Origin: a virus
Taxonomy: Duplodnaviria > Caudoviricetes
Length of the DNA stretch: 34,716 nt
IMG/VR virus record: IMGVR_UViG_3300020398_000009
Span: 1-34,716 of that record
Strand: one strand, 5' to 3'
Under the pieces are notes generated by a model. That model did no database searches. It was given only the letters and a program-made list of their open reading frames with translations, and had not been told where the DNA came from. The translations under genes and the position numbers were made by a program. Below are positions 1-10,406 of this stretch, piece after piece (the stretch's first letter is position 1; every line of letters starts with the position of its first letter).

Positions 1-342
1 CGTACCCGGAGGCGTATAACGTTGAGCCCACGACCGAGAAAGCTGCTCTCGGTTAGACATCGGAGGCGTGGTCGGTTGAGTCCAGGTGCCACCTTTAGGT
101 CCTCGATACCGACCCGTCATCGCCATCAGCGCATCCTGTCGCAACTGAGACACCGGAGCCTGACTCTCCTGCCAGGCTTTCCACGCCGCTTGGCGCTCTT
201 CACGACCCCGTTCAAGATTCGATTGAGCTTGACGCAGCGCCCTGTCCTGCGTTCTCCCAGCCGAATGAGCCCCGTAGATGCTAGCGCCTGCGCCGGCAAG
301 CCCAGCTATCGCTGTTGCTGCTGTTGCTGTTAGTCCAACCAT
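1..342 (-). CDS. DNA ejection/pilot protein (P22 gp7-like), truncated by window edge
   Basis: Translated by hand: MVGLTATAATAIAGLAGAGASIYGAHSAGRTQDRALRQAQ..., a Gly/Ala hydrophobic N-terminus followed by an Ala/Gln helix. Purine-rich RBS GGGGAGAGAGAG. Follows the GNAT gene as in P22-like tails. Alternative in-frame ATG at 450. Confidence 0.65.
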   Translation of the reverse strand, partial: MVGLTATAATAIAGLAGAGASIYGAHSAGRTQDRALRQAQSNLERGREERQAAWKAWQESQAPVSQLRQDALMAMTGRYRGPKGGTWTQPTTPPMSNREQLSRSWAQRYTPPGT

Positions 343-480
343 ATTCTCTCTCTCCCCCACAGCCCTTCGTGCTGCCCTCGAAGCCGGAGACTGATAGCCG
401 ATCTGGCTAATGGAACGAGACGGATTAGTTCCTAACACGCCCTCATACATACTGATCGCCTTACTGATGGTCAAACACGA

Positions 481-939
481 TTAGGCCGTCACCTGTTTAA
501 CGTACTGCACTTCCAGCGACACATAGCCAAGTCGATGAAACAGCGACCCGACTTTGTCATTCGGCGCAGCCACATACATGAGAGACGCCTCTTGATCTTT
601 CGCCCATCGCTCACCATGACGCAACAGTCGCACAGCATCCGACGTGCCACGATCAGGAGGATTCACCCACCAAAACACCTCATTCGTGACACGCTCATTA
701 GAAAGCGGGTGGTGATACACCACCATCCCCAACATACCTGAGAGATGCCGAGGCACCTTCACGCCGTCCGTCTCGGACACCAGTAACAAGCCGTCCGTGT
801 TGTCGATCAGTGACGTCATCACGGTGCGAATCCGTGCCGGGTCACTGAAGAGCACCATGCGATACGTGGACGTGTCCACAAACGTACAGCCCATCTTCAC
901 CAGATCCGGCACATCCTCCAGTGTGGCATCTCGAATCAT
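481..939 (-). CDS. GNAT-family acetyltransferase (P22 gp14-like position)
   Basis: MIRDATLEDVP N-terminus, FWWVNPPDRG acetyl-CoA motif, LFHRLGY C-terminus; lies between tail hub and ejection genes. Confidence 0.8.
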   Translation of the reverse strand: MIRDATLEDVPDLVKMGCTFVDTSTYRMVLFSDPARIRTVMTSLIDNTDGLLLVSETDGVKVPRHLSGMLGMVVYHHPLSNERVTNEVFWWVNPPDRGTSDAVRLLRHGERWAKDQEASLMYVAAPNDKVGSLFHRLGYVSLEVQYVKQVTA

Positions 940-1421
940 GCCATCGACTCCACCATGACATATAAACTGTATTGCATCGCCGTCGCCCCAGACGATGCAT
1001 AAGTCGTCGCATACGTCACAACATCGTTCGCCACAAGCGCATTCGGACCCACATGGATCAGGAACGAGGCGTTCTGCTGTGTCGCCGTCGTGTTCCCGGT
1101 CATCGCGGCTCCACTCTGTGACTGCGCGACATCCCCATCAACCCACGAGATCGTGACCGTGAGACTGGAACTGGTCGACGCAGCAGTCGTAATACGCGCG
1201 CTATAACTCACACGGTACACGGCAGGGTCCAGTGAACCAGTGTCCACTGTCGTCGCACTCACAGACGCCGTCTGTCCAGTCGCACTGACCAACGCCAGCT
1301 TCCGTGACGCCCGGTTCAAGACATCGACAATCGACTGTAAATACCGCACCCATTCGCGTGTGACAATCTCATGCACACCCTGCAAGAACGGCGTGCGAAA
1401 CGGCACCTGTGCTAACGCCAT
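936..1421 (-). CDS. Putative tail needle/structural protein (gp26 position)
   Basis: Directly after gp10-like gene; N-terminal P-x-R-x-P...TREWVRYL helix, then Ser/Thr-rich beta domain. Confidence 0.55.
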   Translation of the reverse strand: MALAQVPFRTPFLQGVHEIVTREWVRYLQSIVDVLNRASRKLALVSATGQTASVSATTVDTGSLDPAVYRVSYSARITTAASTSSSLTVTISWVDGDVAQSQSGAAMTGNTTATQQNASFLIHVGPNALVANDVVTYATTYASSGATAMQYSLYVMVESMA

Positions 1422-1423
1422 CG

Positions 1424-2869
1424 CTACCGGTCTCGCACACTCAGTTCAAGATACGCACCCGTGACACGCCACGGAATCGGATCGGACACGGCAATTTCGT
1501 ACACACGGTCGTAGCCACGACCCAACCGACGCCAGATCGTCCGCACTCCGTAGTTGCCACGCTTCCCAGCCGACGCCCAATGTTCATTGCCCCACGTCTC
1601 ACCACCATCGTCGCTCCATCGCATCATCACCTGTGGGTCGCTGCCCTGCCCCGCAGACACCCCCAGTCCAGACTGAAGCTCCACCTGAAGCGAGTTGTAA
1701 AACATCCAGTCGTCATTCACAGACACATGCGGCGTCCGACGCAATCGACGTAGCGGACCCCCTCCAGCATCCTGAAACTTCTCAATCGACATCTCATACA
1801 CCGTTCCAAGCGCACGGTCCCCCACAAGATGTTTGCTGAAGGCATAGACGTGATACTGAGGTCGCCATGCCTTGTACTCCACGTCGTCCACATTCCATGT
1901 GCCGCGCTCATGCCAGAGTTGCGTGGCCGCATCAAAGACCCATGTCGCTTTCGCACTGGGAAAATTCAACCCATAAAAGCTATGCCCGTCTTCTTGATAA
2001 GTCCACGCAACCGCATCCGTAATGCTAATCCCAGCCCGAACATAGCCCTGAATGGCAAACTCCACCGCATGCGTGCTAATCCGCTGCGGCGTATACCCAT
2101 TCGCCATCCAGACGACACCGTCGCCCTCTTCACTGCTCCCCAGCCAGATGATCGTGTTCCCTAAACGCTTCGCTGAATAAGGAGCGGCAATACCCTGTTC
2201 CAGAAACGCACCGGGAATCGCCGCAAAGGGAAACGGACTCGTGCCAGCGTTATACCAGACCTCTGTCGTCTGCTTACCAAAAAGCCAGATATCACGATGC
2301 GTCACGACTACGGATTGCCACGGGTCGGCTCCCGCCGTCCGTTGGGCATACTGTGTCACATCCCATGTCGTGCCATCGTTCAGATCCGACAGACGCAGCG
2401 TGGACGTGGTGGCATTTAACGACAGAAAAAACCCATCCAGAAACTCACCCTGCGTAGCACCAGACGCCAAGACCGTGGCAAACGCATTCGTACTCAACGT
2501 GAACACATACCCGACACCAGCGGAGGTGATGAAAATCTCATCACCCATGTCATTCGCCACCAAGGTGGCCGGGTCAACATTACGCGCCACGGTGCCGCGC
2601 ACGGTCGGCGTTATCGTCTTGTCGTTGTAAAGTTCATAGAACGTCTGCCCGACGACCACAAAGCAGCGCCCGTTATGCTCCAGCATCCCACGCACGGGAG
2701 ACTCGTCAAACGTATGACGCTCCTCACAGCCAGGTGTCGGATAAAGCGCGCTCTGGAACGGTTCATCCCCCACTTCGGAGGATTCCAGATACCAGTTCAC
2801 GCACCGCTGCGTAGCTAAAATGGGAGACTGCGACACGTAGGAGGGACCGACGAATCCCGGAAACTTCAT
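1424..2869 (-). CDS. Packaged-DNA stabilization protein / tail hub (P22 gp10-like)
   Basis: LYPTPG start motif, FLDGFF, TTEVWYNAG..FPF, ISTHAVE, WHER, MMRWSDDGGETW..E, WRRLG motifs. Confidence 0.9.
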   Translation of the reverse strand: MKFPGFVGPSYVSQSPILATQRCVNWYLESSEVGDEPFQSALYPTPGCEERHTFDESPVRGMLEHNGRCFVVVGQTFYELYNDKTITPTVRGTVARNVDPATLVANDMGDEIFITSAGVGYVFTLSTNAFATVLASGATQGEFLDGFFLSLNATTSTLRLSDLNDGTTWDVTQYAQRTAGADPWQSVVVTHRDIWLFGKQTTEVWYNAGTSPFPFAAIPGAFLEQGIAAPYSAKRLGNTIIWLGSSEEGDGVVWMANGYTPQRISTHAVEFAIQGYVRAGISITDAVAWTYQEDGHSFYGLNFPSAKATWVFDAATQLWHERGTWNVDDVEYKAWRPQYHVYAFSKHLVGDRALGTVYEMSIEKFQDAGGGPLRRLRRTPHVSVNDDWMFYNSLQVELQSGLGVSAGQGSDPQVMMRWSDDGGETWGNEHWASAGKRGNYGVRTIWRRLGRGYDRVYEIAVSDPIPWRVTGAYLELSVRDR

Positions 2870-3600
2870 GCGAACTGATCCGTTCGCCAGTTATACCGTC
2901 CGCCCTGCGCGGTCAGCGCCGGATCAATGCCCAGTGTCGCCTTCGATAGATTGACGCGCTTGATGTCGGCAAATGATTCCCGCGCCAGTTCCAGCAGTCC
3001 GCCACTCACCACCGCCCCAAACTCCTGCGCGAGACGCAACGCCAGTTGATACCGCAGTGCCTCTTCATACCCCGGAGGAAACGTATACGCCGTGGTGAGA
3101 TCCGCAAACTGTGTCAGCGCCGTTGGCACATACAGCACCAATTGCACATTGCTGTTGTCAGGAATCGGCCAGACACTCACCTTCGCCAGTCCCGCCGTCC
3201 ACGCCTTGTCGTAATAGAACAACGTGGGATAGGTGCTGGTCGTGCCTTTGATAGCGACACGCTGCCACTCCTGCACCGTCACCGGGCCAGACACGGGAAG
3301 CTCGATCTTCTCCGCTGCGGACGCATTCCTGTCAAGAATCAGACTGCCACGCGCAATCCAGACCGGACGCACGATGGCAAACGTGCCGCCCGTGCCAATC
3401 GTATATTCCTGCGTTGACGCAGACAGGTCCAGCACATTGCGTATCACGGCATAAATCGTGAGACGATTCGTCGCCCACGAATCCACCATGTTGTTCAGCA
3501 CGACCAACGCATCGGACACGCTGCCACTGTCTGCCGTTTCGCCAGACGCCAAGACCCCAATCGTCTTGAGCGACCGGGTGATCAACTCGTTGGCCGTCAT
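2866..3600 (-). CDS. Head-to-tail adaptor (P22 gp4-like)
   Basis: MTANELITRSLKTIGVLASGE...DALVVLNNMVDSW; FPPGYEEALRYQLALRLAQEFG. Confidence 0.85.
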   Translation of the reverse strand: MTANELITRSLKTIGVLASGETADSGSVSDALVVLNNMVDSWATNRLTIYAVIRNVLDLSASTQEYTIGTGGTFAIVRPVWIARGSLILDRNASAAEKIELPVSGPVTVQEWQRVAIKGTTSTYPTLFYYDKAWTAGLAKVSVWPIPDNSNVQLVLYVPTALTQFADLTTAYTFPPGYEEALRYQLALRLAQEFGAVVSGGLLELARESFADIKRVNLSKATLGIDPALTAQGGRYNWRTDQFA

Positions 3601-3602
3601 GG

Positions 3603-3809
3603 CTAGACCCGTCTAGTTTTCGTCTTTGACCCCACACGCTTGGACGGCTGCGGTGCCTTGACCGAAAACGGACCATCCGGTGATTCCGCCCATCCCAGTC
3701 CCAACGCTTTCAGTTCAGCAGGCGTCTGGACAACGGTGTTGATCACCTCGCCGTCACATTTGGCGTAGACCATCTTCGGGTAAGCCTGATAGGGATAGCT
3801 CTCACTCAT
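3603..3809 (-). CDS. Small hypothetical protein downstream of coat gene
   Basis: MSESYPYQAYPKMVY...LGLGWAESP; RBS GAGG; position typical of P22-like head modules. Confidence 0.65.
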   Translation of the reverse strand: MSESYPYQAYPKMVYAKCDGEVINTVVQTPAELKALGLGWAESPDGPFSVKAPQPSKRVGSKTKTRRV

Positions 3810-3823
3810 AAGGGACCTCATGG

Positions 3824-3861
3824 AAAGAACGGGGAGCGGAGAACACACCCCCACCCCCCGT
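3824..3861 (-). terminator. Rho-independent terminator after coat gene
   Basis: Minus strand ACGGGGGGTGGGG-gtgtgtt-CTCCGCTCCCCGT followed by TCTTT. Confidence 0.6.
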
Positions 3862-3878
3862 ATGGTCCTACAGTGACC

Positions 3879-5090
3879 CTACGCCTGCACTCGGCATGCG
3901 AGTTCAGGACGCAACGTCGCCCACCCGAAAAGCACATCCAGCCTGCACGGGAACTTATCAGTCGAGATGTCGTAATCGCGGATCATGCGAATCGACATGC
4001 CCAACTGACTATCGCTCACACGCGCAGCCATGTCTGTCCCTTGCGGGAGTGGCAAGTCAGCCATCGCCAACGTAAACGCATCACGGTGATGCGCGAGACC
4101 CTGTGGGGTCTGTGTGCTGGCAGCACCGATAATGGTCAACGCCGCGTTATCCACCGGCAATGCATCAACGGTCTGGAACGCACCGCTGCTGGTAATGGCC
4201 GGACTGATTGCCGCAGTGAGGTTGCCTGAACCATCCGAACTGACGTCGGCGGTCACCACAAACTGCTGCAACTGCGTCGTGGATTGACGCGACTGTGGGT
4301 TGACAGAGTTCACGTTGGCAATCGTGAAGACGTCACCCTGCTTCAACCGCGCTGCGGCTGACGCTGTCCACCCATCAGTGACCAGTGACGTCGCACCACT
4401 GGTCGGCACGCCATTGCAAAGCGGCGTGCCACCCAAGGGGCCAACCGTGTGTGTGTTGACGTTCTGATCCATGAGCCAGTCGAAACCAGCCGCCGTGCCC
4501 ATCGTCCCCTTGCGATACTGAGTCGCCAGAGCCGAGGACTGCTGAAACAGACCCTTCAACGCATCCACAATCGTGGCTTGCATCAACGGCGTGATCACCA
4601 CCGACCGCTGTCCGTCCATCGGTGCGGAGTTGTCATCCAACTTCACACCCGCTGAGAGATACGTCAGCAACGCCGTTGGTGTCGTACCCGGTGTCCCCAC
4701 GCTGTTATAGATGTCCTTATACAGCGCCAATCCAGCATTATCGATCTTGTTCGCCACCGTGGCAGTCGCCGGAGTGATGAACCGCTGACTAAAGTCATCA
4801 ATCTTCAAAGCGAGGTCTTCCGAGGTAAACGTGATATCGACACCAAACTGCGTGTCGAGCGTCACAGCGACCTGGGTTTCTGTCGCGTCTTCGATTGAAA
4901 TCGCCGTTCCTGTCCGACCAATGTAGCGCGGTGGTTTTCTGACGTTCAGGACGGTGCCGATTTTCGCGCCTTCGACCCCGAACTTACTGTCGTATTGACG
5001 ATTGACACCTTTGGTAAAGGCGAGGTTGTTCTCCAGTACACGAAGCGCCTCCCTCGTGATCATGGAGATCGTAAGCAAGGTATTCGCCAT
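3879..5090 (-). CDS. Major capsid protein (P22 coat family)
   Basis: MANTLLTISMITREALRVLENNL...NRQYD..F...GAKIG; C-terminal RLDVLFGWATLRPELACR. Confidence 0.93.
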   Translation of the reverse strand: MANTLLTISMITREALRVLENNLAFTKGVNRQYDSKFGVEGAKIGTVLNVRKPPRYIGRTGTAISIEDATETQVAVTLDTQFGVDITFTSEDLALKIDDFSQRFITPATATVANKIDNAGLALYKDIYNSVGTPGTTPTALLTYLSAGVKLDDNSAPMDGQRSVVITPLMQATIVDALKGLFQQSSALATQYRKGTMGTAAGFDWLMDQNVNTHTVGPLGGTPLCNGVPTSGATSLVTDGWTASAAARLKQGDVFTIANVNSVNPQSRQSTTQLQQFVVTADVSSDGSGNLTAAISPAITSSGAFQTVDALPVDNAALTIIGAASTQTPQGLAHHRDAFTLAMADLPLPQGTDMAARVSDSQLGMSIRMIRDYDISTDKFPCRLDVLFGWATLRPELACRVQA

Positions 5091-5118
5091 AAAACTGACC
5101 CTTCCAATGCATCAACAC

Positions 5119-6180
5119 TTATCGTTCCCTGATCCCGAGTTGAATCTCCCGCTGTCGTTTGAATTCCTGATACGGAAGTGTATCCAACTCGACGGTTGAT
5201 GCTGTCGCACCGCCACCAACAGGCTTGATGGGCTTTGGTGCTTTCGTGATAGTGGACGTCGATGAGGACGGGCCTGTGGAAGCATCCTCTAATCTCGCTT
5301 CAATTTTTCCCATTTCCTTAATTGCCGCCATCGGATGCAGACGCGCAATGCGGTCACACTCTTCAGGATTCCGCGAGAGGTGATACATCATCGCTGGTCC
5401 GAGGTCTGAATTAAGAACCGAATCTTGCATCGGTCGTGTCATCGGAAGGTCTTTCCCCTTCCCAACAACCGCATCGAAGTCCGGGTGCGCCTCTCGAAAC
5501 GTGTCGATTCGCTCATGAAGAGTAGCGACACTCGTTTCGTGGGCCTTCTGAGCCTGATCCTGTTCGATGCGGACACGATGCTCAGATTCCTGTGCCGTCA
5601 GACGCTGGTCGACTTTCCAGTCCATCAACGCTTCTGCGTATTCTTCGTACGTTTCAAACTTGTCCTGCTCCGGTTTCCCGCGTCCTGACGTCGACGCCTC
5701 CGACGTCGTCGGCTCAGCCGTGGCCGTTGACGTCTCCTCAGACGCAGACTCGGCCGTCCCCTCAGCCTGTGGCTCGACACGCTGCGACTGTTGAGCGCGG
5801 AGACTATTCAACTGGTCCTGAAGATGATTGGCACGCGCCTGTTCTGACGCCTTCTCGCGTGCCAGTTGACTGGCGCGATCACGATAAGACCGGCCCCGAC
5901 GACGACGCTTCCGTTTGGGTGACTCGTCCGTCACCTCCGCATCATCCGTCTCAGTCTCGGCTGACGCCTCAACGTCACCCTCGTCACCCCCAGACTCGGA
6001 CTCGACGTCAGCCACAGACGCCGCATCAGCCGTCACCTCATCGCCAGACGCACCCGCTGTCTCACTCGCAGGTGACGCGCCATCGGCTGGAGTCGACGCA
6101 GGAGTCTCCGCATTCGCAGCCGTATTCAAGTCGGCCACTTGCGCTTCGGTATCGGTGGTGCTGGCGATGGTCACGGTCAT
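5119..6180 (-). CDS. Scaffolding protein
   Basis: Acidic low-complexity N-terminus, coiled coil, P...F.TYEEY.EAL.DW, HPDFDAVV, GPAMMYHL..NPEE, TKAPKPIKPV; between portal and coat. Confidence 0.85.
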   Translation of the reverse strand: MTVTIASTTDTEAQVADLNTAANAETPASTPADGASPASETAGASGDEVTADAASVADVESESGGDEGDVEASAETETDDAEVTDESPKRKRRRRGRSYRDRASQLAREKASEQARANHLQDQLNSLRAQQSQRVEPQAEGTAESASEETSTATAEPTTSEASTSGRGKPEQDKFETYEEYAEALMDWKVDQRLTAQESEHRVRIEQDQAQKAHETSVATLHERIDTFREAHPDFDAVVGKGKDLPMTRPMQDSVLNSDLGPAMMYHLSRNPEECDRIARLHPMAAIKEMGKIEARLEDASTGPSSSTSTITKAPKPIKPVGGGATASTVELDTLPYQEFKRQREIQLGIRER

Positions 6181-6198
6181 GACTTACCGGTTCTTTCC

Positions 6199-6227
6199 TC
6201 TATAGTCTGCCAGAAAAATTCTGGCAA
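6199..6227 (-). promoter_or_regulatory. Sigma70-like promoter for scaffold/coat overlapped by a palindrome
   Basis: TTGCCA-N17-TATAGA on minus strand; TGCCAGAA-ttt-TTCTGGCA inverted repeat over the -35 box and spacer. Confidence 0.5.
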
Positions 6228-6229
6228 CG

Positions 6230-8635
6230 CTAAATATCTTCTGGCAGCGGAGGTGCGACTCCAGGCGGACCCCCCGGCACAACTCCCTGCGGACCTCCCG
6301 GAGGAACTCCAGGCGGAACTCCAGGCGGACCCCCCGCAGGGACTCCCTGCGGGACTCCCCGTGGACCTGCCTGTGGAGGAGCGTCGACCGGTGGCATCAT
6401 AGCAATGCGCTCATAACGGTCCTCTTGACGATTTGAAATTTCCACATTTCTCGAAATGAGCTGTTCCAGACGACCGATTTCCGTTTGCAGAATCTCACTC
6501 GCCCGTTGCTGTTCAATCTTCGCCAAAGCCCGAGAGCTCTCTCCCTGCTGTTTGATCTGTTCCAGTTGCAACCTGGCTTGCAAGTCACGCTCCTGCGCCG
6601 CCGCGTCAGCCGCAAGTTCACGCTCCTTGATCGCCACTTGCGCCTGCCGTTTGACCTGATCAGTACGCAACGCTTCCTGCGCCTGTTGATAGGCTTTCTG
6701 AATCTGCTTCAACTGTCCGTCGATCTGCTGCATGCGCGCCTGGACTTCAGGTGGAATATCACGCTGGTCCACATCGTCCTGCAACTGTGGCGGCAGCATT
6801 TTCTTTAACCGTGCCGCCACCTGCTTCGACCCAGGCCAATCCATGTTCTCGGCCAACAGGTCCCCGATCATCGGGAACGCATTGGGATACGCCTGGACAA
6901 ACTGCACCAAGGAGTCTACCGCTTCCTGTCGACGTGTCTGGAAGCTCGGTCCCACAGACACGCTGACGTCGTATCGTCCAACACCAAGGTTATAGATGCC
7001 TTCGATGCCCGGTGGCATCTGCTCCACATCGACGTCCGATGGGGCATTCTCTGCACCCGCAAACACCATCACGTTTCGACGCTTTTCATCGTCACCGACA
7101 ATCCGAATCACCCGTGCAATGTCATAAATGTTCGGCAGTAAATCCACCACGATGCGACCGACCTGACGAATCGCCCGACCAAGGTTGTCCAGATAATGCG
7201 AGTTCGCCATCTCGTCCTGCTGCTGACGTGTACGCAACGCCTTGCCGGATTCCTGTGGACCGCGCACGCCCAACGACGCATCGTTGAAACCGCCAGTCGA
7301 TTTGAGGTCGTTGTCGCTTTGGGCAATCGCCATCGTCATCGCCTGAATCGGCGGTTCCCAACTCTGACGCTGGGGCGGCGGTGCCAGCTGCCCACTGAAG
7401 GTTTTCGGTTTGTATTCCAGATACGGGAAGTTCCGCACGTTCGCGTTTTCCCACTTGGCCTCATGGCCCTCAAACTGCCCTTCAGCCGCCACAAACGGCG
7501 CACGCGGAGCCAACGCAATCATCTCGGTTTCCGCCGAAACCCAGTAGTTATACATCCGTTGCGGGTCCTTCGCGTCTCTCACAATCCCCCGGTAATCCTT
7601 CACGCCGTTGATGTTAATCTCGTCACCCAACACCGGCACCAGCGGGATATACTTCCCAGGCCAGTCCAGCCCCCCCACCTTGAGCGCATCGCCCTCCAGT
7701 ATTTCAGCGCCGTTGATGAGCGCCCACTTCACGGCACGATTCGTCACTTCACGCTCGGCCAATAACGTCACACCCTCGGGAAGCGCCGTCACGTCAGCAT
7801 AGGTCTCGCGTGGCACTTTCTGCTTCGACCCATCGGGCATGAGCAGAATCACAACCTGCTCACGGGTTTCCTCCACGTAGAAATACTCCGCAATCCGCAC
7901 ACTGCCTTCCGGCATCCACTCCGCCTGTTGATTCCCTGACGAGGTGAATTCCGACAGGTTCACGAGGTCCGACAAGGGATAGCGGAAGGTATATTCATCC
8001 TTGGGAAGATCCTCCACGACAAACCCATACCTCGCGTCAGACCCGTCCGGCTTCTGTGCCGAAGGGTCCATATAGACCGAGAACGGATTCCCGACGCGCT
8101 CGATACGGATTTCCTGATTCAGATCCAGTGGGTCATCATCCACATAATCCGTAATCACACGAATATACCCACGCCCCATCGTGGCCTGATGGTCCCCAGC
8201 CGTACTGTAGGCCACATCAGCATCCGATTTGTTTTCGATATGCCGCACCACCCCTTGGATGACTTCCGCCACATCCTGGTCAGCATCATCACCCGTGGGA
8301 TTCACGGCAATCGCCGGACGAGACGCTCGTTGGTTATTCGTGACCTGCCGAATAAACTGCGGAATGCGATTCACCGTCAGACAGGGACGACTGTCAGCGT
8401 TTCGCATCGTTTTCACCTGCTCAGGCCACTGCTCGGAGGCACGAAACTTTAAGTCCTCCAGCATGTTCTTCCGAAGCTCGGCCTCGGCAGAGACGACAGT
8501 ATGAAAGCGCATGTGCGCGAGACGAAGAAACTCATCCCGCTCCGTCTGAAGCACCGACTCGACGTCATCGATCTCCACGTCCTCTTCCACCACCACCACC
8601 TGATACCCACCACCGGTTGGATCATCATGTGGCAT
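6230..8635 (-). CDS. Portal protein (P22-like) with Pro/Gly-rich tail
   Basis: EDLKF..QWP, RPCLTVNRI, GIVRDAKDPQRMYNYW, GVGRYDVSVSVGPSFQTRRQEA, MDWPG; C-terminal coiled coil then GVPPGGP repeats. Confidence 0.93.
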   Translation of the reverse strand: MPHDDPTGGGYQVVVVEEDVEIDDVESVLQTERDEFLRLAHMRFHTVVSAEAELRKNMLEDLKFRASEQWPEQVKTMRNADSRPCLTVNRIPQFIRQVTNNQRASRPAIAVNPTGDDADQDVAEVIQGVVRHIENKSDADVAYSTAGDHQATMGRGYIRVITDYVDDDPLDLNQEIRIERVGNPFSVYMDPSAQKPDGSDARYGFVVEDLPKDEYTFRYPLSDLVNLSEFTSSGNQQAEWMPEGSVRIAEYFYVEETREQVVILLMPDGSKQKVPRETYADVTALPEGVTLLAEREVTNRAVKWALINGAEILEGDALKVGGLDWPGKYIPLVPVLGDEININGVKDYRGIVRDAKDPQRMYNYWVSAETEMIALAPRAPFVAAEGQFEGHEAKWENANVRNFPYLEYKPKTFSGQLAPPPQRQSWEPPIQAMTMAIAQSDNDLKSTGGFNDASLGVRGPQESGKALRTRQQQDEMANSHYLDNLGRAIRQVGRIVVDLLPNIYDIARVIRIVGDDEKRRNVMVFAGAENAPSDVDVEQMPPGIEGIYNLGVGRYDVSVSVGPSFQTRRQEAVDSLVQFVQAYPNAFPMIGDLLAENMDWPGSKQVAARLKKMLPPQLQDDVDQRDIPPEVQARMQQIDGQLKQIQKAYQQAQEALRTDQVKRQAQVAIKERELAADAAAQERDLQARLQLEQIKQQGESSRALAKIEQQRASEILQTEIGRLEQLISRNVEISNRQEDRYERIAMMPPVDAPPQAGPRGVPQGVPAGGPPGVPPGVPPGGPQGVVPGGPPGVAPPLPEDI

Positions 8636-8885
8636 ACGTCTGTCCTCCAGGCACCGATGCCGCGCGTGCAGTCAACTGCTGAAACGCCTGACGATAATCG
8701 TCGCGCGTAAACCCATGCCCGGACCAGTCGACCCTGGCACGTCTCACGAATTCATCCCGACCCGTCGCCACAATCGTATGGAGCGTGGGGGCGTCAATCT
8801 GATTCAGAAGCGACTCCACCGCCATCTTGAGAAACTGCTGCTTGTTGAGAATGATATCTTCGGGATGACTCATTAGTGCATCCAT
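8625..8885 (-). CDS. Hypothetical protein
   Basis: Fills the gap between terL-C and portal with overlapping ends; start may be the ATG at 8873. Confidence 0.5.
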   Translation of the reverse strand: MDALMSHPEDIILNKQQFLKMAVESLLNQIDAPTLHTIVATGRDEFVRRARVDWSGHGFTRDDYRQAFQQLTARAASVPGGQTYAT

Positions 8886-9628
8886 CCCAACGTATCCGAC
8901 CCCACGTCAATATACCGCACGCGAGGTAAGTCCTGCGCGGACGACGGTTCCACCGTCATCCACTCCACGCCCGACACAATCGCATACCGCGTGGCGTCCA
9001 TTAAGTGATCATTCTGCTTCACAATACGCCCCTTCAAGTCACGACGATAGAGACGGAATTCCTCCAACCACCCGTGACACGACTGAAAGACCTTCAGTTG
9101 TCCAGTACTCAGCAGCCGCCAGACGTCCAGAATCCCAGCCTCCACCGCATTCGGAGCCACGTCCAGAAACAATCCCTGATCCACGTAGTCGTCAATCAAC
9201 ACCGTGCCATCGCGCTGGCTGCGTCCGCGTGAGGCAGGGTCAATGCGTCCCGGTATCCAGACCCCACGCGACCGCACCGCATCCGCATGAATCGACGGCT
9301 CCGCTTCGCCGCGCTTGTGAATGGCATACACATACCGGACGCCAGTTTCACGGTCGTGCGCCAACCAGACAACCGCCGTGCAGTTCCACCCGACATCCAT
9401 CCCATACCCACGCGCATAGTGCGCGGGGAGATCAAAATCGGCAATGACAATGTCAGTTTCCGGCACAGGATAAATCGCCCCGGACCCCAGTTGCGGCACC
9501 CCTTTGGTTCTGGCGTCTCGCTGATGGGGCGGAATCGAGGCGAAGAGTTCCGCCTTCTCCGTCCCACTAAGATGCGGGACATCGTCCCAATCCGCCATCA
9601 CCACGAATTTCGACATGCCGTCTCTCAC
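8873..9628 (-). CDS. terL: Terminase large subunit, C-terminal part (lid segment + RNase H-like nuclease)
   Basis: WDDVPHL...RDARTKGVPQLGSGAIYP, GMDVGW, IDPASRGR, EEFRLYRRD, DHLMDATRY; own RBS AGGAG. Confidence 0.9.
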   Translation of the reverse strand: MRDGMSKFVVMADWDDVPHLSGTEKAELFASIPPHQRDARTKGVPQLGSGAIYPVPETDIVIADFDLPAHYARGYGMDVGWNCTAVVWLAHDRETGVRYVYAIHKRGEAEPSIHADAVRSRGVWIPGRIDPASRGRSQRDGTVLIDDYVDQGLFLDVAPNAVEAGILDVWRLLSTGQLKVFQSCHGWLEEFRLYRRDLKGRIVKQNDHLMDATRYAIVSGVEWMTVEPSSAQDLPRVRYIDVGSDTLGWMH

Positions 9629-9640
9629 CTCTCCTACGGA

Positions 9641-9988
9641 TTAAGTCACCTTTCCACGAAGATCATCGACCACCGCTGCAAGCGCCGCATGCGCGTTGCG
9701 TAACGCCACTTCAGCGTCGATCACCTCTCCCACGGCATGCGTCAACGTATGATTATTCATCAGGTCTCGGTTGGTCACGTCCTCGGCAATCGTCAACAAC
9801 GTCCCGGTCAGGTCAATCGCCCGCTGGCGCTTGGTCGCACTCGGGTGATCAATCACGATGTCCTCGACAATCTGAATGGACGAGGACACCGCCTTGAGGA
9901 TGATGCCGGCCGGTCCTCCCACCAGCGGCACAAACGGCATCAAGCCTTTCAGCACGCCACTAATCTTTCTCCACGAGAGTCCCATCAT
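9641..9988 (-). CDS. Hypothetical protein inserted in terL, holin-like amphipathic N-terminus
   Basis: RBS AAGGAG; hydrophobic LMPFVPLVGGPAGIILKAV followed by helical region. Confidence 0.6.
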   Translation of the reverse strand: MMGLSWRKISGVLKGLMPFVPLVGGPAGIILKAVSSSIQIVEDIVIDHPSATKRQRAIDLTGTLLTIAEDVTNRDLMNNHTLTHAVGEVIDAEVALRNAHAALAAVVDDLRGKVT

Positions 9989-10001
9989 GTCTCCTTGTCC
10001 A

Positions 10002-10406
10002 TCATGCTTTACTTATCCGACGAAACGGCGAGTCGAGGCCGCGTCCACCAAGAGACCTCGGCGGTCGCGTCAGAGGTTGGGCGCTGGACTCCAACTGTGC
10101 CGTCCACTCCACGCGCCGACGCACACGCTCAGTAAACTGTGTCACATCCATCCCAGCCCCGCTTGTCCATAAGCGTAATATCGGATCAGACGCATCCTGA
10201 AGCCAGCGACGTGTGACCAGAAACTCTCGTTGCTCTCTCTCCGACCACGCCGACATCCGACACACCGTCACCCGATGCCCCACCTCCACCAGTTCGGCAT
10301 CACGAATCGCCCGTTCCAACACCGCCACTGCAAGTTTGGTAATCCCCGCGAGACGGTAGCGATGCGTATCGACGTCACTCAACGGTACGATTCCATCCCC
10401 GTTCAC
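10002..10406 (-). CDS. Conserved-type hypothetical phage protein inserted in terL
   Basis: GTG start overlaps terL-N stop (GTGA); LAVAVLERAIRD...RRWL...AGMD pattern resembles a recurrent uncharacterised phage family. Confidence 0.6.
   Translation of the reverse strand: MNGDGIVPLSDVDTHRYRLAGITKLAVAVLERAIRDAELVEVGHRVTVCRMSAWSEREQREFLVTRRWLQDASDPILRLWTSGAGMDVTQFTERVRRRVEWTAQLESSAQPLTRPPRSLGGRGLDSPFRRISKA

Noticed and set aside
6243-6380. G/C-rich repeats as a separate DNA element
   Set aside because: Explained by the in-frame GVPPGGP low-complexity portal C-terminus
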